Source: a virus
Lineage: Duplodnaviria; Caudoviricetes
Direction: 5' to 3' (one strand)
IMG/VR virus record: IMGVR_UViG_3300014208_001117
Coordinates: 1-40,534 of that record
DNA length: 40,534 nt
In this document: positions 8,268 through 16,242 of the stretch, one piece after another
Layout of the letters: every line of letters begins with the position of its first letter
How positions within the stretch are numbered: the first letter of the stretch is position 1
Notes under the pieces: generated by a model
What the model was told of the DNA's origin: nothing
Databases searched by the model: none
The model's input: the letters and a program-made list of their open reading frames with translations, nothing else
Translations under genes and position numbers: made by a program

Positions 8268-8502
8268 AAGTATGAAAACAACCCGATGCCGAAAATGCGG
8301 CGCACGGATTGAACGTTCAAATCATCTTGTGAAATCCAAAAAGGTTCTATTCCTCTGCTCCCCGTGCGAGGACGAATATCACCGGAAATACAGTTTGCGT
8401 TCTTATTATCAGAAAAAAGCACTTAGGGAAGACGTGGAGAACATGCGAGTAACAGAAGTTCGGTGGGGTTCCGGCGTTCGCGCAATCGCGACGTGGCAAT
8501 AA
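8248..8502 (+). CDS. Small zinc-finger protein (start 8248 or 8272)
   Basis: CRKC...CSPC; basic composition. Confidence 0.65.
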   Translation: MPEHEIISMKTTRCRKCGARIERSNHLVKSKKVLFLCSPCEDEYHRKYSLRSYYQKKALREDVENMRVTEVRWGSGVRAIATWQ

Positions 8503-8508
8503 AAAAGT

Positions 8509-8772
8509 ATGTTGCGAATTAACAACATCAACATTGAAAAAATAAAACTCGGGGCGGTGGTGATTGGCGTCGGGGTTATGGTTGAAGAAAAGGGAATTGT
8601 TGTAACGCATCGGTTCAACGTAGAGCTTCCGGGTTACGTGTCGCAAGAAATTCAAGATGTTCTTATAAAACACTTTGGTTCGGTCAACTCGCTCCTGAAA
8701 CTCCAAGCCGATACGCCGATCGGGAAAGCTCCCAAAAATGTAAATCATAAAGAGTTGGAGGGGCTTAAATAA
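8509..8772 (+). CDS. Hypothetical phage protein
   Basis: ORF in operon. Confidence 0.65.
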   Translation: MLRINNINIEKIKLGAVVIGVGVMVEEKGIVVTHRFNVELPGYVSQEIQDVLIKHFGSVNSLLKLQADTPIGKAPKNVNHKELEGLK

Positions 8773-8776
8773 TATC

Positions 8777-9325
8777 ATGAAAAAAAAGGAACAATCGGAA
8801 AAAAAGAAACTCAAACCGCTGAAGGAAAGGGTGAATGATGCAATAAAGGGGACGGGGGGAAAGAGGGGGAGCAGCAAGGTGAATGAGGATGGGATGAATG
8901 CGCAACAGGAGAAATTTTGCGAATTGTATGCGAGTAATGCGGAATTTTTTGGCAATGGAACGCAGTCATACATAACAGCTTACGATGTGAAAGTCGGACA
9001 AGGGAAAGGGTTTACGAGCTATGATACGTGCCGGTATCGGGCGCATGAGCTTCTCACTAATCATAACGTCTTGAAACGCATTGACCAACTTCTTGAAGCG
9101 GCGGAACTCAACGATACATTCGTAGATAAACAGCTTGGATTTCTCGTCGCACAAAATGCAGAGTTCCGCCCGAAGCTTGGCGCCATCCAAGAATACAACA
9201 AGCTCAAGAAACGCACCGTTGACACTATGCATCATATTCACGCATTCTCTGATATTAAGAATTTGAGTGACAAGGAGCTTGAAAAGGAAAAAGAGAAACT
9301 GAACAATTTTTTTAAGAAAAAATGA
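8777..9325 (+). CDS. terS: Terminase small subunit
   Basis: QQEKFCELY...GNGTQSYITAY...AHELL.N..V..RI pattern of TerS HTH domains. Confidence 0.8.
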   Translation: MKKKEQSEKKKLKPLKERVNDAIKGTGGKRGSSKVNEDGMNAQQEKFCELYASNAEFFGNGTQSYITAYDVKVGQGKGFTSYDTCRYRAHELLTNHNVLKRIDQLLEAAELNDTFVDKQLGFLVAQNAEFRPKLGAIQEYNKLKKRTVDTMHHIHAFSDIKNLSDKELEKEKEKLNNFFKKK

Positions 9326-9513
9326 AAAATTTTACTACGTATTCCGATGATCCGCAGAGTTTAACGCTTCAAAACGAAGATGTGCAAAACGTTGTGGACA
9401 ACCTTAAAAGGCAGTTGGAAGAAAACGCCCGCACGCCATATCGCCCGATGTACGGAATTGAGCTCATGAAAGAGCTTCCCTTGCTTCGAAATACGGGTGG
9501 TGTAACTGTTTAA
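9322..9513 (+). CDS. Hypothetical protein
   Basis: ATGA overlap with the terS stop. Confidence 0.6.
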   Translation: MKNFTTYSDDPQSLTLQNEDVQNVVDNLKRQLEENARTPYRPMYGIELMKELPLLRNTGGVTV

Positions 9514-9517
9514 AACC

Positions 9518-9637
9518 ATGCTGTTTAAAAAGATACATTTCGGCAAGAACAAAGGAAAGTATCTCTCATCTGGAAAAATTTTAACGCGAGGGCAGGTTCA
9601 TTTTCTCCAATCAACGAATTTTAAAATCAAAAAATAA
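9518..9637 (+). CDS. Small basic protein, 39 aa (not in ORF track)
   Basis: MLFKKIHFGKNKGKYLSSGKILTRGQVHFLQSTNFKIKK fills the gap between its neighbours. Confidence 0.5.
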   Translation: MLFKKIHFGKNKGKYLSSGKILTRGQVHFLQSTNFKIKK

Positions 9638-9646
9638 ATCGCTATT

Positions 9647-9958
9647 ATGGAACAAAAAAATATCGCCAAAAAAGATTGCCCGGAGTGTCGGAATTTACCG
9701 GAAGGTAAGGTCATAATCGGACACGACCACCGGCAAGACATAGTACATGTTCACGTCATTGTTATTCACAAACCGACGGCTCAATCCACATCCTACGATA
9801 TGCCTTTGTCGCGGGTAAGGGAATACGTAAAGTTCTCAGTGAAGCAGTTTTGCGAATTTCACACAACCAATGAATCCGTCAACGACGATGATTTCCTCGT
9901 TGTGGAGGTTCATCACGGGTCAATGCTTACAAGAGTATCTTCTTTGACAAATTTATGA
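9647..9958 (+). CDS. Hypothetical protein, His/Cys-rich
   Basis: CPEC and HDH motifs; ATGA overlap with the next gene. Confidence 0.65.
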   Translation: MEQKNIAKKDCPECRNLPEGKVIIGHDHRQDIVHVHVIVIHKPTAQSTSYDMPLSRVREYVKFSVKQFCEFHTTNESVNDDDFLVVEVHHGSMLTRVSSLTNL

Positions 9959-10641
9959 ACGAAAAAACGAGAGATGAAGTGTGCGCCAATACTATCCAAT
10001 CGGGTACTGTCCCGATTTATGTTGTTGATAGCGACGTATATCAAAAACGCTACGTCGCTCATCAAGAGCGCAAGCGTCGTGAGATCACGGAAGGAGAAGG
10101 GGAGATGGTTGCCTATGACCCTTTCACTGAGACAGAATTGACCGCATTCAACCGGCGGAGAAGCCAGCGTATATTCAACAAGGAAGCGATCACCGAAACG
10201 CAGATGAGGTACATCCTCAAAGCGGCGACGATGAGCCCTTCAAGCTGTAATCGGCATGGAATAAAGATAAAGTTCGTTACTGAACGATCGGAGAAAGAAT
10301 TGCTCGGCGGGCTTCTTGTCGGCGGTGTCGGATGGATACACCGGGCGTACACGATCGCGCTGTTCTTTGCCGATCCGAAAGCATACGCATCGCCGAGAGA
10401 GAAGGACTTTATGCACTATTGCGATGTCGGATTTCTTGCGATGACAATGTGGCTTGCGGCGGAAACGCAAAGAGTGGGCGTTTGCTATGTGAACCCGAAT
10501 GTATCGCATCCGGATGTATTTCGGGATTTATTCGCACCGGCTGAGCACATATTTTGCGGGGCGCTTGCGCTTGGACATTATGACCGCGACAAGCGCGCAA
10601 AGCAGGCGGAGAGACCGGAGATTAACGAAATGCTTATATGA
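9955..10641 (+). CDS. Nitroreductase-family FMN oxidoreductase
   Basis: RRSQRIF, SPSSCNRH, D.GF.AM...LAAE...VG.C, ALGH. Confidence 0.85.
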   Translation: MNEKTRDEVCANTIQSGTVPIYVVDSDVYQKRYVAHQERKRREITEGEGEMVAYDPFTETELTAFNRRRSQRIFNKEAITETQMRYILKAATMSPSSCNRHGIKIKFVTERSEKELLGGLLVGGVGWIHRAYTIALFFADPKAYASPREKDFMHYCDVGFLAMTMWLAAETQRVGVCYVNPNVSHPDVFRDLFAPAEHIFCGALALGHYDRDKRAKQAERPEINEMLI

Positions 10642-11282
10642 CCATGACGATACCTAAAATTCATCATACCATTTGGGTCGGAGATCGGCCGGCACCGATG
10701 GAGTGGATCAATACATGGAAAGAGAAGCACCCGGATTGGGAGCACATCCTTTGGGATAATGAGAAAGTGTTTGAGCGTGTTCCGTGGATCAATCAGAGGC
10801 ACGTTGATTTTTTCCGTGAACGAAAGATGTGGCCGGGCGTCGCGGATGTCATCCGTTACGAGATACTTTGCTACGGCGGCGGCTTTGCTCCGGGCGCGGA
10901 TAGCGTCTGCTTTGAGAATGTGGACGAGTTGTTCACTGATCCGGCGTTCGACGCCTACACGCAGTATGAGAATGAGAAGGTTACCGGAGAGCTTGTTTCT
11001 CCCCTCATTGCTTGCTCAAAAAACAATCTGCTCGCGCACCATCTCATCCAAATGCTTGGAATGAAGGAAGTAGTAGGAGAGCCATGGAAGACGACCGGCA
11101 ATCTCTTCATGCAACACGCGATTGGGGCGCTTGAATATCCACGGTTGAAGATATGGCCGTCGCACTTCTTCCTTCCGGAACATCATACGGGGGTGAAGTA
11201 TGAGGGGACAGGGAAGATATACGGATCTCATATGTGGGGGACGGGGAAGGGGGCTTATAACTTATTAAATCAACATGAATAA
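10638..11282 (+). CDS. Glycosyltransferase, GT32/OCH1-like
   Basis: IPKIHHTIWVG, W...HPDWEHILW, ADVIRYEIL.YGG; the expected DxD reads GAD. Confidence 0.85.
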   Translation: MTMTIPKIHHTIWVGDRPAPMEWINTWKEKHPDWEHILWDNEKVFERVPWINQRHVDFFRERKMWPGVADVIRYEILCYGGGFAPGADSVCFENVDELFTDPAFDAYTQYENEKVTGELVSPLIACSKNNLLAHHLIQMLGMKEVVGEPWKTTGNLFMQHAIGALEYPRLKIWPSHFFLPEHHTGVKYEGTGKIYGSHMWGTGKGAYNLLNQHE

Positions 11283-11511
11283 ATTAATTCCGCCAATTTA
11301 TAACTTTGAGGAAATTATTGACGATGAGAAAGTTACTTTTTTGAGAGTGGCGAATTGTTTTGGGTGGTGGATGCTTTTTGAAGGTGATTTTTATGGAGAT
11401 TGGATAGATGGGAATAAAAACGATGGGCTAAAAGCTTCTGAAATCTTGCACAAACTTTTGAGAAATCAAGCCGCCGATACCATTACGGAACTTAAAAAAT
11501 TATCAAAATAA
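11275..11511 (+). CDS. Hypothetical protein
   Basis: Overlapping ORF in operon. Confidence 0.6.
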   Translation: MNKLIPPIYNFEEIIDDEKVTFLRVANCFGWWMLFEGDFYGDWIDGNKNDGLKASEILHKLLRNQAADTITELKKLSK

Positions 11512-11521
11512 GAAAAAATTT

Positions 11522-11704
11522 ATGGTGGAATATATCGCAGAACATCTTGTTGGAATTACTATTTTCGTTTTCTTGTTAGTACTTGGTTTAAATTTCGTGC
11601 AACCCTTTTTAGAAGCCAGTGCTTTCAATCATTGTACCGGAGGGAATGCGGGATACTGGGACGCGGCGTTTACGGAGTTAAGAGTAACTGAGTGTAAAAA
11701 ATAA
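11522..11704 (+). CDS. Small membrane protein
   Basis: N-terminal hydrophobic helix, two Cys. Confidence 0.6.
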   Translation: MVEYIAEHLVGITIFVFLLVLGLNFVQPFLEASAFNHCTGGNAGYWDAAFTELRVTECKK

Positions 11705-11705
11705 G

Positions 11706-12137
11706 ATGAAAAAAATCACGATAACAAACGCGGGTGAATGTATTAATACTGGAGAAAACGAAGACCTGCATTTTCAGAAATTTGAAATTGACGGTCCCGA
11801 AGAAATGGACGCCTCCGACGGCTACCACACCTTCACGGAGCTGTACGATCATCGGATAACGCTGTTTATTGCGTTGTGCTCCGTTTATAAGCTAATGGAC
11901 ATGTCGCCTACATTCGTAAATCCTCCACAACCATGGCGCTCAAAGAAACATAGTGATGGCTCGGAATTTGACGGCTGGTTCATCCTCGGACTTGATAAAA
12001 AGCCCGGAGAACAGAAAACCTACCACCTCCCGATCTCTCGCTGGGAAGAAACCGACTTCGCCGAAACTCTTGACCAAGCGCCGGAATGGGACGGGCACAC
12101 GAGCGCGGATGTGTTGGATAGGTTAAAGAAACTTTAA
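11706..12137 (+). CDS. WDGH-motif phage protein
   Basis: SDGYHTFTELYDHR...WRSKKHSDG...TYHLP...WDGHT. Confidence 0.75.
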   Translation: MKKITITNAGECINTGENEDLHFQKFEIDGPEEMDASDGYHTFTELYDHRITLFIALCSVYKLMDMSPTFVNPPQPWRSKKHSDGSEFDGWFILGLDKKPGEQKTYHLPISRWEETDFAETLDQAPEWDGHTSADVLDRLKKL

Positions 12138-12144
12138 TATCATC

Positions 12145-12354
12145 ATGGAACGAATCAAAAAACACACGTGCATAAATATTACCGCCGCGCTGAATATGGC
12201 GAAAAGGGGCGTCAATGTTTTGTCCGGGACTACGCTTGCTCATACAGTGAAGTTGTTGACTGATGCCGAGAATGAAGGGAAAACCTATTACTGCCATCTC
12301 GGGTGTAACAATATAACGAAAGAGGGAATGTGCGCCGGGCATGGCATGTCGTAG
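12145..12354 (+). CDS. Hypothetical protein, Cys/His-containing
   Basis: ORF in operon; GCNN...G.CAGH. Confidence 0.6.
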   Translation: MERIKKHTCINITAALNMAKRGVNVLSGTTLAHTVKLLTDAENEGKTYYCHLGCNNITKEGMCAGHGMS

Positions 12355-12384
12355 AATAATAACTTTAAAAACATAAAAATTTAC

Positions 12385-12555
12385 ATGGCATTCTACGAAA
12401 TTTTGTGGGGAGATTCTACCTCTGATCTATGCGAAAAAGTGCAAAATGGCATGAACTTCGGCTGGGTTCCTCTCGGTGGTGTGTGCAATGGTACCGCAAC
12501 AACTATGGGGCAAAAAAGAGATATTTTATTACAAGCGATGATTAAAGATAATTAG
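12385..12555 (+). CDS. DUF1737-like small protein, 56 aa (not in ORF track)
   Basis: YEIL...L.EKV......GW.P.GGV...QAMIK pattern. Confidence 0.65.
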   Translation: MAFYEILWGDSTSDLCEKVQNGMNFGWVPLGGVCNGTATTMGQKRDILLQAMIKDN

Positions 12556-12556
12556 C

Positions 12557-13207
12557 ATGAAAAAAGAAACAAAAAAGGAGGCGGAAGTAAAGGTGATGAT
12601 TGCAATACCGAACCTTGGGAGCATTCATCCAAAGCTCGACACGTGCAAGTTGCAATGGGCGATTCATCCTCCGGCGAATTGTGCACAGTTATCATTTATT
12701 CAACCGCAGAATATTTATCCGCATGACGCGGCGCGGAATTTCTGCGTCAAAGAGTTTCTAAAAAGCGATAGCACTCATCTTTTCTTTTTGGATAGTGATG
12801 TTATCCCGCCACTCCACGCCCTAGAAAAGCTCATTGCGGCTGATAAAGACGTGGTAACGGGCTTTTATCCGAGCATGAGGATAGACCCGAACAAAAAGCA
12901 ATTCAAAATACTCAATGTTTTTTCGTACGGCGTTGATGAACGTGGAAAGCACGGGCTTATTCCGATCGTCAAAGCGGAAGGGGACGGACTTATCAAGGTT
13001 GACCGCGCCGGTGGCGGATGTTTGTTTATCGCACGCGAAGTATTGGAGAAGATCGGCGCGCCGTATTTCAAATTTCAATATGACGACGAGGGGCTTCTTA
13101 AGTATGGCGAGGATATTGATTTCTGTAAGAAGGCGGCAGATGCCGGTTATCAACTTTATGCTCACACGGGAGTCGTGTGCGGGCATGTTAAGGAAATTCT
13201 TTTATGA
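12557..13207 (+). CDS. Glycosyltransferase family 2-like (GT-A fold)
   Basis: VMIAIP, ARN, HLFFLDSD, GGGCLFI.REV, GEDIDFC, CGH. Confidence 0.88.
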   Translation: MKKETKKEAEVKVMIAIPNLGSIHPKLDTCKLQWAIHPPANCAQLSFIQPQNIYPHDAARNFCVKEFLKSDSTHLFFLDSDVIPPLHALEKLIAADKDVVTGFYPSMRIDPNKKQFKILNVFSYGVDERGKHGLIPIVKAEGDGLIKVDRAGGGCLFIAREVLEKIGAPYFKFQYDDEGLLKYGEDIDFCKKAADAGYQLYAHTGVVCGHVKEILL

Positions 13208-13419
13208 AAGAAGTAACTGAAATGCCGAAAGCTCAATATTGCGGAAAATGCGGATTGCGAATGAAAACTATTCCTTTTGTCTCGTCTTATGATAAGGAAA
13301 CAGGAGAAAAGATATTTCGCTGGAAATACGTTTGTCCGCGTCCTTACTTGTTCCGACACCTTGGGGAGACAAGAATTTTTAATAGCGCGGGCGAAGAGCT
13401 CATTAATTATTCATACTAA
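13204..13419 (+). CDS. Small zinc-ribbon protein
   Basis: CGKCG...CP...H. Confidence 0.6.
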   Translation: MKEVTEMPKAQYCGKCGLRMKTIPFVSSYDKETGEKIFRWKYVCPRPYLFRHLGETRIFNSAGEELINYSY

Positions 13420-13420
13420 T

Positions 13421-14077
13421 ATGCAAATCACATATCCACATCACACGAGCGGGCTTGGGATATTCGCCAAGTCCAAACAGGCGGCAACCAAAAGCGATTG
13501 GAAAGAAGCCGAGAAAATCGCTTTGGAAATGTGCCAATGGCTTGATGAAACCAATGGCAATTTTAATGGGCAACATTCTCGTGCGTTTGCCATGGCTCAT
13601 GCGCAGGTATGTGAAAAAAAAGAACCGTGGCAATTGTTCGTCGTTGAGAAAGACCTGATCGCGCCGAAAGAGATTGACCCGAAATCAAAGCAGACGCTCA
13701 AAAATTGTTTCTTTGAAGCGCAGGCGATATTCAACTGCGAAGTGCTTGAAGCTCCCGCGAAAGTGAAAAAACAAACGCCGCAACGAAAGGTTGGAAAACC
13801 GGTGGACGGAAAGGTTGAAGTATCGGTGGAAATGGTTGAAAGGGAGATAGACAACGTGCTTGACGTTCCGGAAGGTTGCATGAGCTTCCCGCATCGCTCG
13901 GCAAAGACGATGAAGCGCTGCCATACCGTCAAAGTGCGGTATCAATACGTCCGAAAGGTGATGGGGTTCATAAATAAGATAGAAACGTTTGAGGGATGGG
14001 TAGAGGGACTTAAGGCGCACATCATACAGCACGAGTGCGACCACTTTAACGGTAAGAATATTTTTTACAACAAATGA
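13421..14077 (+). CDS. def: Phage-encoded peptide deformylase
   Basis: EGCMS and QHECDHFNG motifs; motif 1 divergent (AFAMAHAQV). Confidence 0.85.
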   Translation: MQITYPHHTSGLGIFAKSKQAATKSDWKEAEKIALEMCQWLDETNGNFNGQHSRAFAMAHAQVCEKKEPWQLFVVEKDLIAPKEIDPKSKQTLKNCFFEAQAIFNCEVLEAPAKVKKQTPQRKVGKPVDGKVEVSVEMVEREIDNVLDVPEGCMSFPHRSAKTMKRCHTVKVRYQYVRKVMGFINKIETFEGWVEGLKAHIIQHECDHFNGKNIFYNK

Positions 14078-14116
14078 TACGCCTATAAAGTGTTGGGGAA
14101 AACGTGCACCAAAATT

Positions 14117-15634
14117 ATGAAAGAAGAACAAAAACAGGAAGAGGTAAAAAAGCGTTTGCGCGCGCTTGAAGAGGAGGAACTCCGGCGGCTTCGGTATGAG
14201 AAATATCGCTATTATGAACCGAACGGCGTGGTGGAGGATTACATCAATGCAATCGGGAGCGGGGATTATTTCATTGTGTTTTTGTCTGCGGCGAATGGTG
14301 TCGGTAAAACGGCGGCAACGGCAAACCTGCTCGCCAATCTCATGTTTGAAACGGAAAACCCGTGGTTCCGGGCAAAACTTTTTCGTGATTTTCCGTATCT
14401 GCATCGGGGTCGTATCGTAACCGACAGTGCGTTGGTGGAAAAGAATGTCGTCAACGAACTTAAATTCTGGTTCCCGGAGGGGAAATATAAGGCGACGAAA
14501 GGGGGAAAGCATTACGACAGCGTTTGGGAAGTCAACGGCGGAAAGAAAGGGAGGTGGGACTTTGACGTAATGACCTACGAGCAAGACCCGAAAGAATTTG
14601 AAGGTGTTACTCTCGGCTGGGCTTGGTTTGATGAACCGCCACCGGATGCAATACTCAAAGCGACAATTGCCCGTATGAGGAGAGGAGGCGTTATTTTTAT
14701 TTCGGCAACGCCGATCTCCGGTTCCGCGCATTTGTATGACATGTTCGCAAGCGGAGAACTTGAGGTGGAAGTTGTTTTGCGCGAGGGAGAAGAGCCGGTC
14801 AAGGTCAAGCGAAGCGTGTATCACGTTACGGCAGACGTGGAGAGCGCCTGCAAGACGCATGGAGTACGCGGGCATCTTGCACATGAGGACATCTTGCGAA
14901 TGATCGCCGAATACCCGGAAGACGAAATGCAGGCGCGCGCGTACGGAAAATTCGCTCATCTTGTCGGTTTAATATTCAAGCGCTTTGACCGAAAAATTCA
15001 CGTTATAAAACCATTCAACATAACCGAAAGGGACTTCACAGTGTACGAATATCTTGACCCGCACCCGCGCAACCCCGATGCTGTTCTATGGCTGGCTGTG
15101 GACCGGAAAGGAACAAAATATGTTGTGGATGAATTGTGGTATAAGCCGGACGACACGCCCGACCTTGCCGTTCGCATTAAAAACAAGGCAAGCATGTACC
15201 GTGTAGAGGGGAGATGGGCGGATCCGTGGATATTCAACAAAGACCAGCACAAGGGAGACGACAAAAATTTGGATGAGAAACTGTCGGAAAACGATTTGGT
15301 GTATTTGCCGGCGCCAAAACAACGAACGGCATCGGACAAACGCATCAAAGATGCTCTCAATTACACGGAGGCAAACGGATTTATGATACGACCGCCGGAA
15401 TTGTTCATTTTTGATAGTTGCAAACGAACGATATTTGAAATTGAGCATTATCGGTGGGACGAGTGGACGGGGAAAAATGCGGACAAACACAACAGCAAAG
15501 AAAAGCCCGTGGACAAGGATGATCACATGATAGAAAACCTCGGGCGTGCGCTCATTCAGGAACATATGTTTGTTGAACCTCCGAGGAGAACCCAAAGTAC
15601 CATGGAAAACAAAGACTTTGACCCATACGATTGA
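14117..15634 (+). CDS. terL: Terminase large subunit
   Basis: AANGVGKT Walker A, WAWFDEPP Walker B, ISATP, nuclease YLDPH and KDDH. Confidence 0.93.
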   Translation: MKEEQKQEEVKKRLRALEEEELRRLRYEKYRYYEPNGVVEDYINAIGSGDYFIVFLSAANGVGKTAATANLLANLMFETENPWFRAKLFRDFPYLHRGRIVTDSALVEKNVVNELKFWFPEGKYKATKGGKHYDSVWEVNGGKKGRWDFDVMTYEQDPKEFEGVTLGWAWFDEPPPDAILKATIARMRRGGVIFISATPISGSAHLYDMFASGELEVEVVLREGEEPVKVKRSVYHVTADVESACKTHGVRGHLAHEDILRMIAEYPEDEMQARAYGKFAHLVGLIFKRFDRKIHVIKPFNITERDFTVYEYLDPHPRNPDAVLWLAVDRKGTKYVVDELWYKPDDTPDLAVRIKNKASMYRVEGRWADPWIFNKDQHKGDDKNLDEKLSENDLVYLPAPKQRTASDKRIKDALNYTEANGFMIRPPELFIFDSCKRTIFEIEHYRWDEWTGKNADKHNSKEKPVDKDDHMIENLGRALIQEHMFVEPPRRTQSTMENKDFDPYD

Positions 15635-15641
15635 CCTAAAA

Positions 15642-15679
15642 TTTTAACCACATACCCCCGTGTGTGGTTTTTCTATAAT
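15642..15679 (+). promoter_or_regulatory. Putative phage late promoter, copy 2 (head operon), overlapping a terminator-like hairpin
   Basis: TTTTAACCACAT (15642-15653), 20 nt, TATAAT (15674-15679); aaccacatac-cccc-gtgtgtggtt plus a T run. Confidence 0.65.
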
Positions 15680-15686
15680 GAAAGCA

Positions 15687-15941
15687 ATGATGTACTCTAT
15701 CCGAACTCTCAAAATTTATGAATATAAAGGATGCCGCGCGTATCTTCGCAATTTCGGCGCAACGTTTGAATATCTCGTGTTTTTCAAAGGGGAGTTGTAC
15801 ACCTCTCATATCGTAATCAAAAAAAGTTTTTTGCAAAAAATATTTTTTATTGATTACAAGGAACAGCAATTGTCCGAAGCATCAGCCCTCCTCATGAAGC
15901 TCGCCGAAACGACGATTGATTTGGTACTGGAAAAAAAATAG
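15687..15941 (+). CDS. Hypothetical protein (possibly leaderless)
   Basis: In-frame ATG 7 nt after TATAAT; start uncertain (15678 or 15687). Confidence 0.6.
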   Translation: MMYSIRTLKIYEYKGCRAYLRNFGATFEYLVFFKGELYTSHIVIKKSFLQKIFFIDYKEQQLSEASALLMKLAETTIDLVLEKK

Positions 15942-15988
15942 AAAACCCGAGAGCAAAAATATCGCCATTATTTTAACAAATCTTGGGT

Positions 15989-16234
15989 ATGGCAATAAAA
16001 ATAGACAAAGTCATTCACGGTTTCGGTTCGGTTCTTGAGAAGATCAAGAGCGCGCCTCGCAATCTCGGAAATGCAATTGTTCAAAATAACAAAAACTTTT
16101 ACAACCATCAGGCGAAAAAGGAGCTTGAGGATATCGCCCGCGGTTTCGGAAGCGTGGAGCAGTACGAAAAACTTTATCCGGAAACAAAAAAAAGAAACGA
16201 CAAACTCCGCACATACGCCGCTCAAATTAAATAA
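15989..16234 (+). CDS. Hypothetical protein
   Basis: ORF directly before the portal gene. Confidence 0.6.
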   Translation: MAIKIDKVIHGFGSVLEKIKSAPRNLGNAIVQNNKNFYNHQAKKELEDIARGFGSVEQYEKLYPETKKRNDKLRTYAAQIK

Positions 16235-16242
16235 AAAAAAAT

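Noticed and set aside
13685-14959. 424-aa minus-strand ORF, and similar long antisense ORFs elsewhere
   Set aside because: Fully overlap well-supported + strand genes (def, terL) and show no recognisable motifs.
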